Shown piece by piece: positions 1-16,830 of a stretch of DNA of 64,000 bases. The notes under the pieces are model-generated. The model searched no databases, was not told the DNA's origin, and was given only the letters and a program-made list of their open reading frames with translations. The first letter of the stretch is position 1. The number at the start of each line of letters is the position of its first letter. The position numbers and the translations under genes were made by a program. The DNA comes from the human T2T-CHM13v2.0 reference genome, Homo sapiens. Location of the stretch: assembly GCF_009914755.1 (NCBI RefSeq), contig NC_060932.1, one strand, 5' to 3'.

Positions 1-2128
1 TCTTTAATTCTGAATAATTCTAAGTCATTTTTTCCTCCACTACTCTCTCCCTTCCATTGATTTTTGCCTTTCCTTCCAGGACTTCCAGTATAAGATGATG
101 AACATTTCTCCAACTCATTACTCCTTCTTGATGCCTTTGGGAGAGTTCCTCAAACTGGCTTTCTAGGTAATTTGTTCTTTGGCCACAGGCATTCTGCCAT
201 GTAGCCTATCTATTGTGTTCTTTATTTTCACATAATATTTTTTCCCACCATACATTTCAATTTGACTCTGTTTTATTAACTCCTTGCTCCTGCTTCCTAT
301 CCTGTCTTATCTCTGTGGGAAAATTTATTATGCTTCTTTTGAATTTATGACCTATCTAGACCATTAATTTTTATTTGTATATTATAGCTGAATCTCATTA
401 TCTTGTCTTTCTTTTATAGTGACTGTGTCCCTCAGGTGTGTGGTTAGTTTTTTCTGTGACATTATTTTCCCCTGGAGAGTATCAGGCACCAATTGATGCC
501 ATTCATAGTAAAGGGCTATTAGGGGTATTAGATAACACTACCCACACAATTGTAGAGTGTTCTGCATTATGAAATTTTGTTTCTCACCACAATTTGTTGT
601 GTCCAATTGTTGTGTCCCATAGTGACATCATCCTTCTCTTTGGGGACTAAGATTTCTAGACGATCAGATGCCTAAATTCTTGAGATGGAAAGCAAAATCT
701 CTGCAAGTGGATTATTAACATAGAGGTTGCAGTCTCAATTTCACCCCTTCATTTCTAAACCCATGTATTCTGGCTATGGAAAAGATATGTAACCGTCTCT
801 GATTCAAAACATACATGGCCAAACATACATTGCATCCTGTAATACAAAATCCCAAATTTTAAAGATGTACTTACAGTTGTCTCCTAACTCATTACTCCAG
901 GGAATAGTTGTCTCCTAACTGTAAGTACATCTTTAGTAAGCCATTAGCATTTTGATTAGATCAGAGACTTCTGGCTGAGTGTAATACCTCTGGCTGGTAG
1001 TAATACCTGATCATATCATGGTTATAAGTGCATTGTTGCACATTTTTTGGCTAGGAAATGTGTTCCTGGGTTAGAAACAATTCTATGCAGAATGGCATGA
1101 TACTGGACAAGGCATTCTATGAGTGTGAGGGTGGTGATGTTAGCACAAACACTGTGAGCAAGAAAGGTAAATCTATACCCAGAATATGTTTATTTCAGCG
1201 CAGATAAATCTTTATCCTCTTTATGATGGAAGAGGTTCAACGCAATAAACAAACTGCCTGGTGGCTGGCTGATCCTCCAGGGAATGGTGCAATGTCAGTG
1301 CTTATTGCTGCTTTCCACATTTGGAAGACTAGGCACTTAGCAGTAGTGTTAGCCAGGTCAGTCTTGGCAATAGCAGGTCCATGGTGCTGAGCTCACAAGT
1401 TGAGGGAAAGGAGGCAATGCAACAGTGTAGAAGGAGTCAAAGCCATCTGCTCATGCAGCTTATTTGTACCTTCCAAACCTGGCCAAGCTGTCTCATACAT
1501 ATCATTTTCACCAGATGATATATCACCGCTATGTACTCCCACAGTGTGTCAGAAACACTCAATACATGATGTGAAACTCAGCCCACATGGTCTCCGGGTG
1601 TTTCATGGTTAGGCAATCACAAGGACCAGGAGCAAGCCAGAATATATCTCTCAAAAGAAAAATAGTTACTTTCAGAAAAGGGAATGGATTTGCTCCAAAG
1701 CCCTAGAGGTCTGCACTGCAATTCTTTTGTTGTTGTGGTCCAGAGGCTTCATACAGTCTCCCTATTTTCACTGGCACTCTAAGTATCATTGTATCTGCTA
1801 GATCATGAGACCCCAGTGACAGAGAAAGTTGCACTGTAGCCTACCTTACTGCAAGAGGCTTCTCTTGTCCTGGTCTCCAGTTGAAAATGGCAGCCTTGCA
1901 ATAACTCTCGATGTGTCAAAGTCGCACACTCAACTGTATTATATGTTGCCTCCAAAATCCAAAAAGACCTAACTTGCTTTTAAAAAATTTTTTTTCCAAG
2001 GTAGGTATTGTGTGGTACAGCAAAATGGCTCTCATCTTGGAGGTGATATCTCAGCATTCTCTTTCTTCTGCTTTTTATTTTTTTTTCAAATCCTTGTGTC
2101 GAGGGCTGATGATATCTTAGCATTCTCA

Positions 2129-3575
<1,447 letters not shown>

Positions 3576-3689
3576 AACATTCTTAAGAAACTCATCTGAG
3601 GTAGAAGGACTTCAGTTTTTGTAGAAAGCTTATCCTCTACCCTCTAATTCACTCACATCTCTCTAGGGCATCAAAAATGCTTGCTACTC

Positions 3690-5151
<1,462 letters not shown>

Positions 5152-7399
5152 CAAATCTGTGACAGAGTACTATTGGTCCTGCCATGTATAAGCAGGCTGC
5201 TTCTCGTGGTCTTAAAAATTGGTATGGAAAAAAAACAAGCTAGGTCAATAGCTCCATAATGAGTGTAAGGGGTCATGTTAATTTGCTCTAGTGAAGATAC
5301 TACATCTGGAACAGTAACTGCAATTAGAGTCCAATATAGTTAAGTTTATGATAGTCTACAGGCATTCTCTAATATTTGTCTGACTTTTGGATAGACTAAA
5401 CTGGTCAGTTATGTGGAACAGTGATAGCTATCAGCACTTCTGTGCCTTTCAAGACTTTAATGGCGACATTAAACTCTGAAATTTCCACCATGAATAAAGT
5501 ATTGCTCTGGTTTATAATCTTGATAGAACAGAGCTTGGAAGTTTCTAGGATCTTTACTTAACCCTTCTTACCAGAAAACCCCTCACACCTTGGGTCAGAG
5601 GTCCAATACAGGGATTCTTCCAGTTGCTACAAATGTCTATTCCAATTACACTGAAGAATTAGGGACATGACCACAGGGTAGATCCATGAAACAGCTGGAC
5701 ACACTGTGAACTGGATGTGAGTTAATACTTCATCATCTGACTGCTATAAATCCCCACTGTGACTGGTGGGCCACAGTAACATTTGGGGTTCTCAGAAGTT
5801 ACTGTAAATTCAGAGCCAAAGCCTCAAATCCTCAAATGATCTGGGCAGTCTTTTTTCTCAGTGTATAGTCACCCTGGTAAATAAATAGGCATACATTCCT
5901 TTGAAGAAGGCTTGGAGGAAGATTCACATTATGTACCTGTGGCATTGTTGCAGAATCCTTCCTCAAAATGATCTGGTGTCCCCTTTATTCAAGATGCTTT
6001 AGATCTGTGAACTGTCTTAACCTGGAACCTCGGTGAAAAGCCATAACTCTCTACCATGACAACTCAAAATTAGGTTATTGGCTATCAGACCTAGAATTTT
6101 GAGTTTCAGGGTTTGTGTGTGTTTCTTTTATATAGATCCTGCAGTACTCTAGTATCCTGGCCATTTATTTCATTCCTAGATTTTTAGGAAGATGATGATC
6201 AATTAACAATGCCCAGTGGTACCTACAGGCCAAGACTTTGTGAATATCAGTGTTGCCTTTATGGTAAATGCACCCATCTTATTTTTCTTTCCAGGAAGTG
6301 CTCTTGACTTCTACTACTCCAGATTCCTATAATCTGAAATGAAATCAAAGAGTCCATCTCAATAGGATTCCCCTATTATCACACTTGGCCTACTAAGAAG
6401 AAAAATTAGAGATTTTTAAGGAGATAGGTGCTCCCCTCAACACCTTAGTTAAGGGGAATGCCTTCATACCACAACTGTGCCACATAGTTGGAGGTGAGTA
6501 CACAGGCCACACATGATACTTCTACTCCAATATTTATTTTTTCCTAATCCTTTGTTTTCTCTTCCATATCATGTCAGGGAAACTCTGGCATCTCAATGTC
6601 ATTAAATATATCCCACCATTAAGTCTAAGTTGCAGTCAACCAATCAGTAAGCTGTCAGAGCCATTTCCTGCTTCATGAATAATACATTAAATTCAGAATC
6701 TTCAGAAAGCGTACCCATATCTATTAGTTCAGTCTAACATAGTGTTATATTCTGTTTTCCTTGATTTAACATCCTTAGAATCCACTCTCACTATATTGGC
6801 AATGTTTTCTAATTCATTTTGTACATAAGCTATTTTGTCCTGAGTCATAGAGTGCATCTGCCCTCCAAAACATAACTTAATATTATTTTCGGTCTACTAG
6901 AAATAAGTAATTGCCATTGTGGGTTTTGAGGAGAATTAGCATCTGTCCTAGGTGAGGTTATCGCTGATTTTCAAGCCACAAAAGACTAATCTTTTCAGAC
7001 AGTGGAGGGCAAGCTATTTCTACTGGCAAGAGAAGATCAAGTTGACTTGGATTTCAATATGGTCAGTTTCATGTGGGTTCAACCAGATGTCCCCATTCAA
7101 AATTTCAGGATCCCATTCTTTTTGTAATTAACTTTCACATGGGAAGCTTGGTAAGACTCATATGATCAATGGATTAAAAGTCCTAATGTAGTTGAGGAAT
7201 TGTTGCAGTTGCTATAAAAGTGTAAAAGTAAAATGATATGAGGTGGAAATTAAGGAAAACAAATAATTTCTTAAATCCAATTCCAAACCTGAGGAAAAAA
7301 CTCTGAATGGTCAGCTTGGGTTTGATGGCTGCCCTAGAGAATCAACAATGAAGAAAGAATAAGCAGAGGGTGTCACCGTGTACTGCAAAATGGTTCGTA

Positions 7400-7580
7400 T
7401 TTGGTTCAGGTTCAAATTCTCGCTCCACTTCTCTTGCTTTACTACCTCAAGCAAGTTGCTTAACCTCTATGCCTCTTTTACTCATAAATAAAATAGAGAT
7501 AGTAACAGTACCCACTACATGGGGTTGTGGAGATTAAATCAGTTTATGTATGTAACACACTAATAATTGTGAGTTAAATT
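7400..7580 (+). mobile_element. MIR SINE
   Basis: Core-like sequence ggttcaaattct...caagcaagttgcttaacctctatgcctc...gttgtggagattaaat. Confidence 0.7.
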
Positions 7581-10229
7581 AGATAAGCGTGGCTCATCTA
7601 CCGGTAGCTATATTGTGAACCAAGTGAGAAAACTATTTCTATCAAATGAGCGAGAGCATTTTTAAGGGAAATTGTGAAAAAGGAAGTATCCATGAAGCCC
7701 AATTTATACATGAAGAAACTGAGATGCCAAGAGATTTAGCAGCATGGTGGGTAAAGAGTGTAGCTGGAATTCAGGTCCAGGATCCTCTAACACCAAGTAT
7801 CCACTCAGATTTAACCTCTTTCTTCCTGTATCACTTGTAAGGTAGTTAATAAAGTTAGGGTGTCCAAAAGCTCATGAGCAGCAGAGGCAACATGGGTAGT
7901 CTGTGTCAATTATTTAGGAACAATCTCACTGTTCATAATCCTCAGACAATATTTACCTTCCCAAAACTTAAATTTGAATTACAGTACCTTGCATATGGAA
8001 GCAAGTCACTGTGTGCAAATGAAGCAGGCCAACTGTCCCCCATCCATGCCTTCCTGTTGCCTTTTCATGTTCCCCTAGACCTAGTAATGCTCAGAAAACA
8101 CTAACAGCTTTGTTGTAGCAAGGGCTCTGCAAAAGAAGTCAGTAGCCAATGGAATGGAGATGTATGAGGATTTGGATAAGATCTTATGAGAATCTTATGC
8201 TGGGACAATGATACCTGGTAGGATTTAGGTCATAACAAAGAACACCCCCAGGACCAGAGGGCACCAGAGCTGCCCAGATCCTGGGGCAAAACTGATCTAT
8301 GGAGTTGATTGATAATGTATTGATATAGCTAGCACTCACATGTACAGACAGACTCTCTTTAACTGTTCTAGATGTGGGCATTGCAATGAGACTGACTTGG
8401 GTTCAGAGCCCTATTCTGCTACCTTATTAATTTTGTAGCCAAGTAATTTAACTGCTTTGCTTCTTTACTTTAAGTCATGCTGTGAGCATTATAAATCAAG
8501 CACCTACTATAAGCCAGTCACTGTTGAAAATAATTCAAGAATGGTCCCATCTTCTGGGAGTTCACAGTGGCACAATAGACAATAGACACACAATTATAAT
8601 AAGGTAATAAGGGCTGTGGAAGAGGTGGATGTGGCTGCTTCATGAGCGTGGGGGTCATGGATGGCTTCTTCATAATCCACATTGCAATCTCTTTTCACAT
8701 TGATCTCTCAGCCTGAAATCAATTGCTAACTCAAGCTTTCAATAATCATAGCACAGTGTTATTATAGCAGCTATTTTAGGGATACAACATTCAACCCAGA
8801 ATCTTGTTCACATGCCCTTTCTTTTGTACTTTCCACAAAGGGCTCTGGGAAGCCCTCAAAGGATTGGGTTCTCATTCCTTCTGTATCCCAAAGACCTTCC
8901 TTTGACCTTAGTTTCTGCCACAAATTTCATAACCAAAGTGGGATGGATCCTGAGGCATGCTGGACCCTTGGATCCTATGTCCACAGAGTTAGGAGAGAAC
9001 AGGAAGTTGGCAGGAACAGATCAGGAGATATTGTGCCAGAGGTGGGGGTGGACACAGAGGGGAATGGTCATTAGCAAGGGCCATATAGAGTGTTAAAGGG
9101 ATACCAGTGAATGAAAATTCAATATGACCTAGGGCCATGCTATGGTCAGGGACACTCCAGACCTTGGAAATAGTCAGAGATGGGCAAAGTGGCAGCACCA
9201 GGCAACCAGTTATGCACTGGAAAGTCAGAGATAAAGAGGGGCCTGTTCCTGTCCTCAAGTAGTTGCCAATCTGGAACTGGAGAGAGCAAATGCATGCTTT
9301 GCAATATTCTGGTGCCATAATGTCAGTCTTCACAGGCCTAGTTGGGACACAGAGCATAGTGACCTCTTCAGGGGATTGGGGTGAAGGAATATGGTTTTGG
9401 GAATGTGACTCTTCTATCTGGCAAAGTCTCCCTCTTACCTCTGTTCAAACCTGTTTGATCCCAGTGATTCAGAACATGAGTTTCACTGTCAGATAATCCT
9501 GTTGGCAATGTCAGGAATACCAACATTCCTCCAAATATATTTAACTAGGAACCCTTTGATATATGACACTAATTAACATCCTGTAGAACTAAGGCACCAA
9601 GAAAGAGCCTTAAGGAACGTGGCTTTTTGGCATTTCTACAAAATGCAGCCCGTAATAAACATGAACTTATATCAATCACTAATGACTTCAATTAATCAAG
9701 GATGAATTAATTTATGCAGATCCAATTGAAAGAAAAGGTCTATAAATTTAACATGAGCTATGCCCCAGCTTATTTATGACCCTTATGATGTGCATGTGGT
9801 CATCCTCCTGCCTACAAAGTTTTCTCCACAATCCCCTTCCCAGTCCATGGTTCATCATCCCAAACCCTACTCGTTCTTTAAAGCTCACCCCAAACATCTC
9901 ATGAGAGCATTCTGATTTCCTCAGGTAGTTCCATGCCTGCCACCTGCCTCCCTCATGCATTATAAGAGTCCAGGAGACATTCTGCACCTCGTACTGAAAT
10001 AATGAGACTATCTTTCTCACTAGAGAGAGGGGGTTCCTATAGGAAATCTTGAGGCAACCGGTGCCTATAGGGTCTTAAGATGATGCTCTCCAAGTCCAAT
10101 TTGTTAGAGGATAATAAGATGACAGTAAGGAATTCACAGTCCTGCCACACAAAAGCTGCTACATTTATCTGGGAGCCAACTTACTCATCCCACTTCCCCC
10201 ACTCTTGCCCTCCTACATTCACCTCCACT

Positions 10230-10765
10230 TCATTATCCTTACTGCCACCCAGTGCAGCTTTTCTAAAACATATAACTGATCCTGATTACAGTCCTTTAAA
10301 ATTTCTTTTCCTGCAGATTCAAGCTTAAATTATCTGCCATGACATATAAGGCCATTCACAATTCCAGCCTTTCTCACCATTTCCCAACAAGGGGGCTTTG
10401 TTGGAATCCAATTGATATCATCATCCTTCGTTTCTGAACCTAGCACATTTCTACACCCTTGCATATGTTGTATGCAACTCCTCCCCTCAACTCGTCCCAA
10501 TCAGCCTGACCTGCCTTCTCTCCCTTCAGAGCTCAGCTGATGGTCTGCCCTCCATTCAGCCTGCCCAGGGTTGCCCCAGCTGGGGTAGGTCCCCCTCCTT
10601 TAAGCTCTTATGATGCCGTGCATGCCTCCTGCTCAGCTCCTGTAACTGTGCTCTGTCCTGCCTCTGTCTGCAGGACAGTGTGGGCTCCTCAAGGGCACAG
10701 CCTTATCTGGTTCGGGCATTTGCCCGGCCCTCATGAGTGCTCAATCAGCAAATGCTGCATGGACA
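10230..10765 (+). mobile_element. L2 LINE 3' fragments
   Basis: Degenerate L2 3'-end pattern ending ...gagtgctcaatcagcaaatgctgcatggac. Approximate. Confidence 0.45.
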
Positions 10766-11769
10766 ATGAGGGAGATGAATTACAGATAATACCTACTGCC
10801 TTTCTCCAAACTGAAGGGTTACCAGTTCTGTCGTTTTAATCTAAAAATGAGAAAGTGTCTGACATAGTAAGAAGACACACTCAAACTTGAGGCAGGGGGA
10901 TCTTGGACTTGTGATAGAAAAGAACTGGATTCCAGTCCTAGTTGTGTTGCTTGCTCTCTGTGTGACCATGGTCCCATTACTCAGACTCTCAGAGGCAGAC
11001 AGAGCTGGACTGAGGCCCCTCACAGATAATTTTTAAAATAAAATGATCCAGAAAGACATCCAGGGAAAGGACAATCGCAATACTTAATTTATCTTTGTCT
11101 CCCTTATCACAACAAGTACAGGTACCCAGTTGCTACAGTTCTGAATGATTTAATGAATTAATTGACAAGTAAAAATGGATTCCTCCAAGCCTGGAGGTAA
11201 ACTTTCAAAGGCCAGATTTAAATGTTCCCTTGGTTGTGTTGAAAAAGACAAGTGCCGAAAAACTCAGAGGCTGTATCAATTTAATCTTTCCCCAGAGAAG
11301 CGGAAATGGGGAGAAGCCAAAAGGCACTATTTACAGAAAGAGCCCCTATTCTGCTTTAATGCGTTCGTTGCAAACTCAGAACCAGCTGAGGCTTTCGCTG
11401 CCCTAGCCTCAGATCACAGGCTCTGACTGTTGGGAACCAGTCCTGGCTTTAATAAAGCGGCATCAGGCAGGATTACATCCTCGACCCAGAAGAGCCTCTC
11501 ACTGCCTTACAACTGAGGCCAAGCAAACAAAGCCAGCCATCCGTCCGCAGCCTGAATGTGCATCTGGGACATGGAGAAATAACGCAGACCTGATTCTGAG
11601 GAGTGCTGGGAGAAGCCCACACTTTAGGGCCAGGCAGTCACTCCAGAATGTTTCATGCAAACATGAGCACTTTGCATGGAGACAACTATAGGGTCATTGG
11701 AAAAGGTTGAATTTATTTGGCTAAACTAGTAGGTGTAATACAAGTTAAACCCAGAAGACTAGGAGTTGG

Positions 11770-11945
11770 AGACAGCTGGGCTGGAATCCCAGCTTGACTG
11801 TTGAGGCATGTTGGCAAGTTGCTGAACCTCTCTGAGTCTTTGTTTCCCTATTAGTAAAAGAGGAATAATAAAAAATATCCAGCTTGCAGGGCTGTTGTGA
11901 ATTGTGAGAATTAGAGAGGACGACACATGTAAAGCAGCCCCATGT
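11770..11945 (+). mobile_element. MIR SINE
   Basis: ggaatcccagct...ggcaagttgctgaacctctctgagtc...gggctgttgtgaatt core. Confidence 0.7.
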
Positions 11946-12902
11946 CATTAGCCCCAGCCGCCGTCCCTCCAGCTGACTGTGGATGCATGAAAGAGCCAGC
12001 CCAGTGTGAGTTCCTTCCACACTGTGGTTCTGGAAGAGGGGTGATGCCATTTTGGCACCTGGAAGACAACAGAACATCCTGCCCACAGCAGGAGCATTGG
12101 CATCGTATTTTCATAGCAGGCTCTGGCGATGGAAACCAATGGGCTGAGACCACAGCTAGAGCAGAGTAATGTATGGAACTGTCCTTGAGAACTTGTGAGA
12201 TCCCCCAGGCCCCTCAGAAACAACTGCAGTGTTTGCTTACATAGGGGTGATGGGGGTGGTGAGCAGTTGAATGTGAGGGGCTGACCTGTGACGCAAGCCC
12301 AGCCAAGTGATGCTGGGAGCACAAGGCCCCACTAAGGCACTCCCGCCCTTCTAGGGTTCAGGCAAACTGTGATGATCCCCAATGGCAGCATGTGGGGACA
12401 ACAGGAAGTCCTCAATGAAGTAGAAATGTGATTTCTCCACGTCTAATTCCTACTAAATGCTCCAAAGGCTATTTATTGATTTTTGTTTTAAGGAATATGA
12501 AGCAAACCAATGTGGCTGGAACATACCATGCAATCCATAAAGGTTCCTTGAATGAATTACAGCAGAATATATAATTTCATTACCTCAGGGATGCCATTCA
12601 AAAGGACTTTGGAAAACACTTTTATGTAAGTAACCAAAATGATCCAGTATCTATAGAAACAACAGCATCGTACTGTTGAAAATCAGCAGTCACTTCTTAA
12701 ATGTGCATTATTCCTGGATGTGATCACCTCATATTAACTCATTGAATTAGCTAAAAACCGGAATTATTAAGCATATTATGCAGATGAGGAAGCTGAGACA
12801 GATACATGATAAATGCCCAGGTCATCTAGCTGGCGAGTGACAAAATCTGCTGTGGCATATTACGTGCATCTTCTTTGATGGTGATATAGGGAAAACGTGT
12901 AA

Positions 12903-13277
<375 letters not shown>

Positions 13278-14059
13278 AGAAGTAGTCATTATTAATCCCA
13301 CTCTACAGGTGAGGAAACTGAGGTTCAAACCACTGAGTAACCTGCTGAAGGTCACAGTGCTGGCAGATGGCAGATCCAGAGCTGGAGCAATCCAAAGTCT
13401 TTGTAGAGCACCTTCCCTCTCCAAGGCAGAGGGTTGGAGCAGGGGATCACAGACCAATCCAAATTGCTTTGTGCTTTGCATACAACTGAATGAAGTAGCA
13501 AATAACTAGTTGGCTATGCTTTGGCAGAGAATGAGGCCATCAAATCCTGTCGCCATGTTCAATCATAACTCAAGTAACACAGGAACGCAAGCTCCCAAGG
13601 CTAGTGGAGTTAGGAATGAATAGAAACATCATCGTCCCTGGTGTGGACATTGAGCCCACCTTCCCAGGTACAACATTCAGTTTAGCCCTTCCTTCACTTA
13701 CTTGATGCTCAGAAAATTGCACCCTCTTCTTGAAAATTCCCTGGGAGAATACAATTAATTTCTTGATTAAAATTATTAAATCAAGTGTCATTTGCAGTAG
13801 AAACATGCTGAAAAAGAAAATGCACCATATAAATAGGCTCAGTGACAGTCTCATGTGCCATCTGAGGAACCACAGTGGAGGGAGCCAGTATCGAATAGAG
13901 GACAGATGAGGCCTAGGCCAGAGGTCTGAAGAACTGGGATTAGGAAGCAGCTGTTATTGAGGGGAAAGAACAAGAGTTCTGGAGGCTGAAGGTTCAGGGA
14001 CAAGTTCCAGCTCCACCCATTACTAACTGTGACACTGGTAAGCCATTTAACCTATCTGT

Positions 14060-14630
14060 CTGTCTGTCTATCTTTCTTTTTCATTCTTTCTTTCTCCTTT
14101 CCTTCCTTCTCTTCTTTTTCTTTCTTTTCTTCCTTTCTTTTCTATTTTTTTTCCTTCTTTCAACAAATATGTTTTGAGCACTTACCATGTACAAGGTACT
14201 CATAACTTGGAATAGATCAGTATGCAACATAGGCTATATCAAAATGGGGACGCACACATATAAATAATCACAGATGAATGCAAAATGATATCTCTGATAA
14301 GTTCAATGAAGACAGAAGACAACATAAAAGTGTATAATTGGAGCATCTGGCCAAGGCAGTAAAGTCAGGGAATGTTCCCGCAAAGAAGCACAGATAAGCT
14401 GAGACGTGAGGAGCGAAAGGAGTTATCGTGAGCAAGAATAAGAAAGACTGATCCAGGCAGTGAGTGCACAGGTCCTGTGTTGGGAGGAAGCGTGATGTTC
14501 CTCAGAGCATTAGAGGGATATAAAGAAGTCCAGTGTGTCTGACACACAGCATGTGAGTGGGAGGGTGGCGCATGATGGGGCTAGAGAGGTAAGCAGGGGT
14601 GAAGCAGCAGCACACCGTGGAACATGTTAA
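14060..14630 (-). mobile_element. CT-rich low-complexity tract followed by an L2 fragment
   Basis: (CTTT)-like tract at 14070-14160, then ttcaacaaatatgttttgagcacttaccatgt, typical of the antisense L2 3' end. Confidence 0.6.
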
Positions 14631-14730
14631 GACTGTGAGTACTGCATTATAAAAGTAGGATATGGCTAAAACTCCAGGATCCAAAATGGGTGGGAGGCTC
14701 CAAAAACAGGCAGATATGCAGGAGAATGCC

Positions 14731-14761
<31 letters not shown>

Positions 14762-15374
14762 ACCTCCTCTTCAGGTCTTCAAAAAAGCCAGCAAAAATAC
14801 ACTTTCTGAGATTGAGGGGCACTTACTGGAGTGTAAAACCTATAAAAGCTGCTGTCTAAAATGCAGTCATTGAGAGGTGTAGTGGGGATAAGCTGGCAGC
14901 AGGAAATTCCCTGCATCAAGTTCGATTTAAAGCACAGACACAGAGCTAAACAACAGGCACACAGAAGACATATTTGCAGGAAGCACTCTATAGTATAGCA
15001 GCAGCACAAGAGAAGAGAGCTTTGCATTGCAATAAAACAATAGAACAAAATAACTGCCTGTCTTCATTAACACTGGAAGGTTAAGTGACCATACACACAA
15101 AACCCTAGGTCATAAGAAAATATTCTAAATAACCAAGGGCACGACTTTGGTCCTTCCCCTGCATGAATGCCCTACAAATAGTTGATCTAAGGTGGAAAAA
15201 ACTAAAGATCCAAGCCTCCGATTCTCCACTGATGATACGTAAGTAGAGCAGCCCATAATCCATATATATATCAGAAGGAAGAAGAAAAAAGAACAGATAA
15301 ATCAAATAGACAGACAAAGTATACCTGCCAGAAAAATATAGCCACGAAGCATGGAGGTTTATGTTCCTCTAATA

Positions 15375-15529
15375 CAGGGCTTCTCAAACTTTGTTCAGTA
15401 TCAGAATCATCTGGGGAGCTTGGTTAAAATTCAAAGACCCAAGCCTTATTCTTCATCCTTGAGCCCAAGCCTGTGTTCTTGATGAGCTCCCCACGAGCTT
15501 CTGACTCACACCAAGTTTGAGAACCACTG
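15375..15529. mobile_element. MER5-type hAT-Charlie non-autonomous DNA transposon
   Basis: Terminal inverted repeats cagggcttctcaaact ... agtttgagaaccactg; internal tcagaatcatctggggagctt. Confidence 0.8.
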
Positions 15530-15599
15530 CTATAACAGAAAACCAGCCTTAACTCACACAGTGCATCTGGCCCCTAAAATACCATTACTGTGCTCAAGC

Positions 15600-15944
15600 T
15601 ATCATGGTCCAGTAAGACTGAAGGGTTAGATTTTTGTTCCACACTGAGGTTCCAAGATCTCCTTGGTTTCAAATGAGGAAGCAAGTAGCTCCTGTTGCTA
15701 CCTGCATCTGTGCAGCTGCTCCAGAAAGAGCTACCATTAGAAGGAAGCTGACTTTGCACATGGCAGAGACTAATGAAGGAAAGCATTCAGGTACCATATG
15801 ATGTTGCTGAGCTCCTCCATTGACAAGCCCTGACACTCCCCTGCCTCGGGGCTTCCACCACTAAAAGCCAATAAATTTTGTTGAGTAAGCCAGACCAAGT
15901 CACAGTTTCCAATACCTGCTACCCAAAGCATTTTTACTGATACA
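15600..15944 (+). mobile_element. Old MaLR (MLT1-type) LTR fragment
   Basis: 3' end aataaattttgttgagtaagcca...cccaaagcatttttactgataca is typical of old MLT1 LTRs. Confidence 0.55.
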
Positions 15945-16250
15945 GTAAGACTTTTGGCACAGGGGATGACTTGAAAATATAGTTCTTTCTGTTAGTGATT
16001 TTGACTTGAGAATCCTCCACCCTCAAAAAAAAAATAGCAAAAGCTACTTCAACATCCAATTCAACAATTCAGACGAGTGGCCATCAGGTACTTACCGTTC
16101 ACATGGTATCAGCTTTCAATGAGGGTAACGAGGTACAGAGATTCATGTGGTATCCCCCATAGCCACACAGAACATGGTTATACTGCAAGACATAGTGAAG
16201 GAAATATGAGACATACATAAGAATGGATACAGTCATCGGAAAGATTTTGA

Positions 16251-16540
16251 GGCTGGATGCAGTAGCTCACACCTGTCATCCCAGCACTTTGGAGGCCAAG
16301 GTGGGAGGATCACTTGAGTCACGAGTTTGAGACCAGCCCGCACAACAAGGCAAAGCTCCATTTCTACCAAAAATTTTTAAAAGCCAGGCATGGTGGCCCA
16401 CACCTGTGGTCCCAGCTACTCAAAAGGCTGAGGCAAGAGGATCACTGAGCCCAGGAATTTGAACTTGCAGTAAGCTGTGATCACACCACTGCAATCCAGC
16501 CTGAGCAACAGAGTGAGACCCTGTCACAAACAAACAAAAA
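16251..16540 (+). mobile_element. AluJ SINE
   Basis: Diverged dimer with J-type gaggatcacttgag in both arms. TSD aaag(a/g)ttttga. Confidence 0.9.
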
Positions 16541-16579
16541 AGGTTTTGAACCAAGTGATGAGATGAGAGAATGTAGAGT

Positions 16580-16830
16580 TAACAGCACAGTTTGTGAATG
16601 GAGACTCATTCAGATCCTTCCCTGCCATTTACTTGCTGTGTAGCCTTCAACAAAGAACTCATCCTTCCTGACTTTGATTTTCCTTATTTGTAAAATGAGG
16701 AGAATAATGGTGTCTTTGAATTAGGGTTGACATGGAGGATTAAGTGAGATACTCTACATACAGCAATTAGCACAGCACCTAGCCCCTAGCAAGAAGCCAA
16801 TCAACGTGAGCCATTAATAACCATAGTTCT
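16580..16830 (+). mobile_element. MIR SINE
   Basis: ttttccttatttgtaaaatgaggagaataat...gaggattaagtgagatac core. Confidence 0.7.

Noticed and set aside
1-800. T-rich segment resembling antisense old L1M
   Set aside because: Too degenerate to assign a family or boundaries by eye.
14731-14758. Isolated poly(A) run (also 37655-37680) as a retrocopy tail
   Set aside because: No TSD, upstream polyadenylation signal or recognisable retroposed body. Treated as mononucleotide microsatellites.
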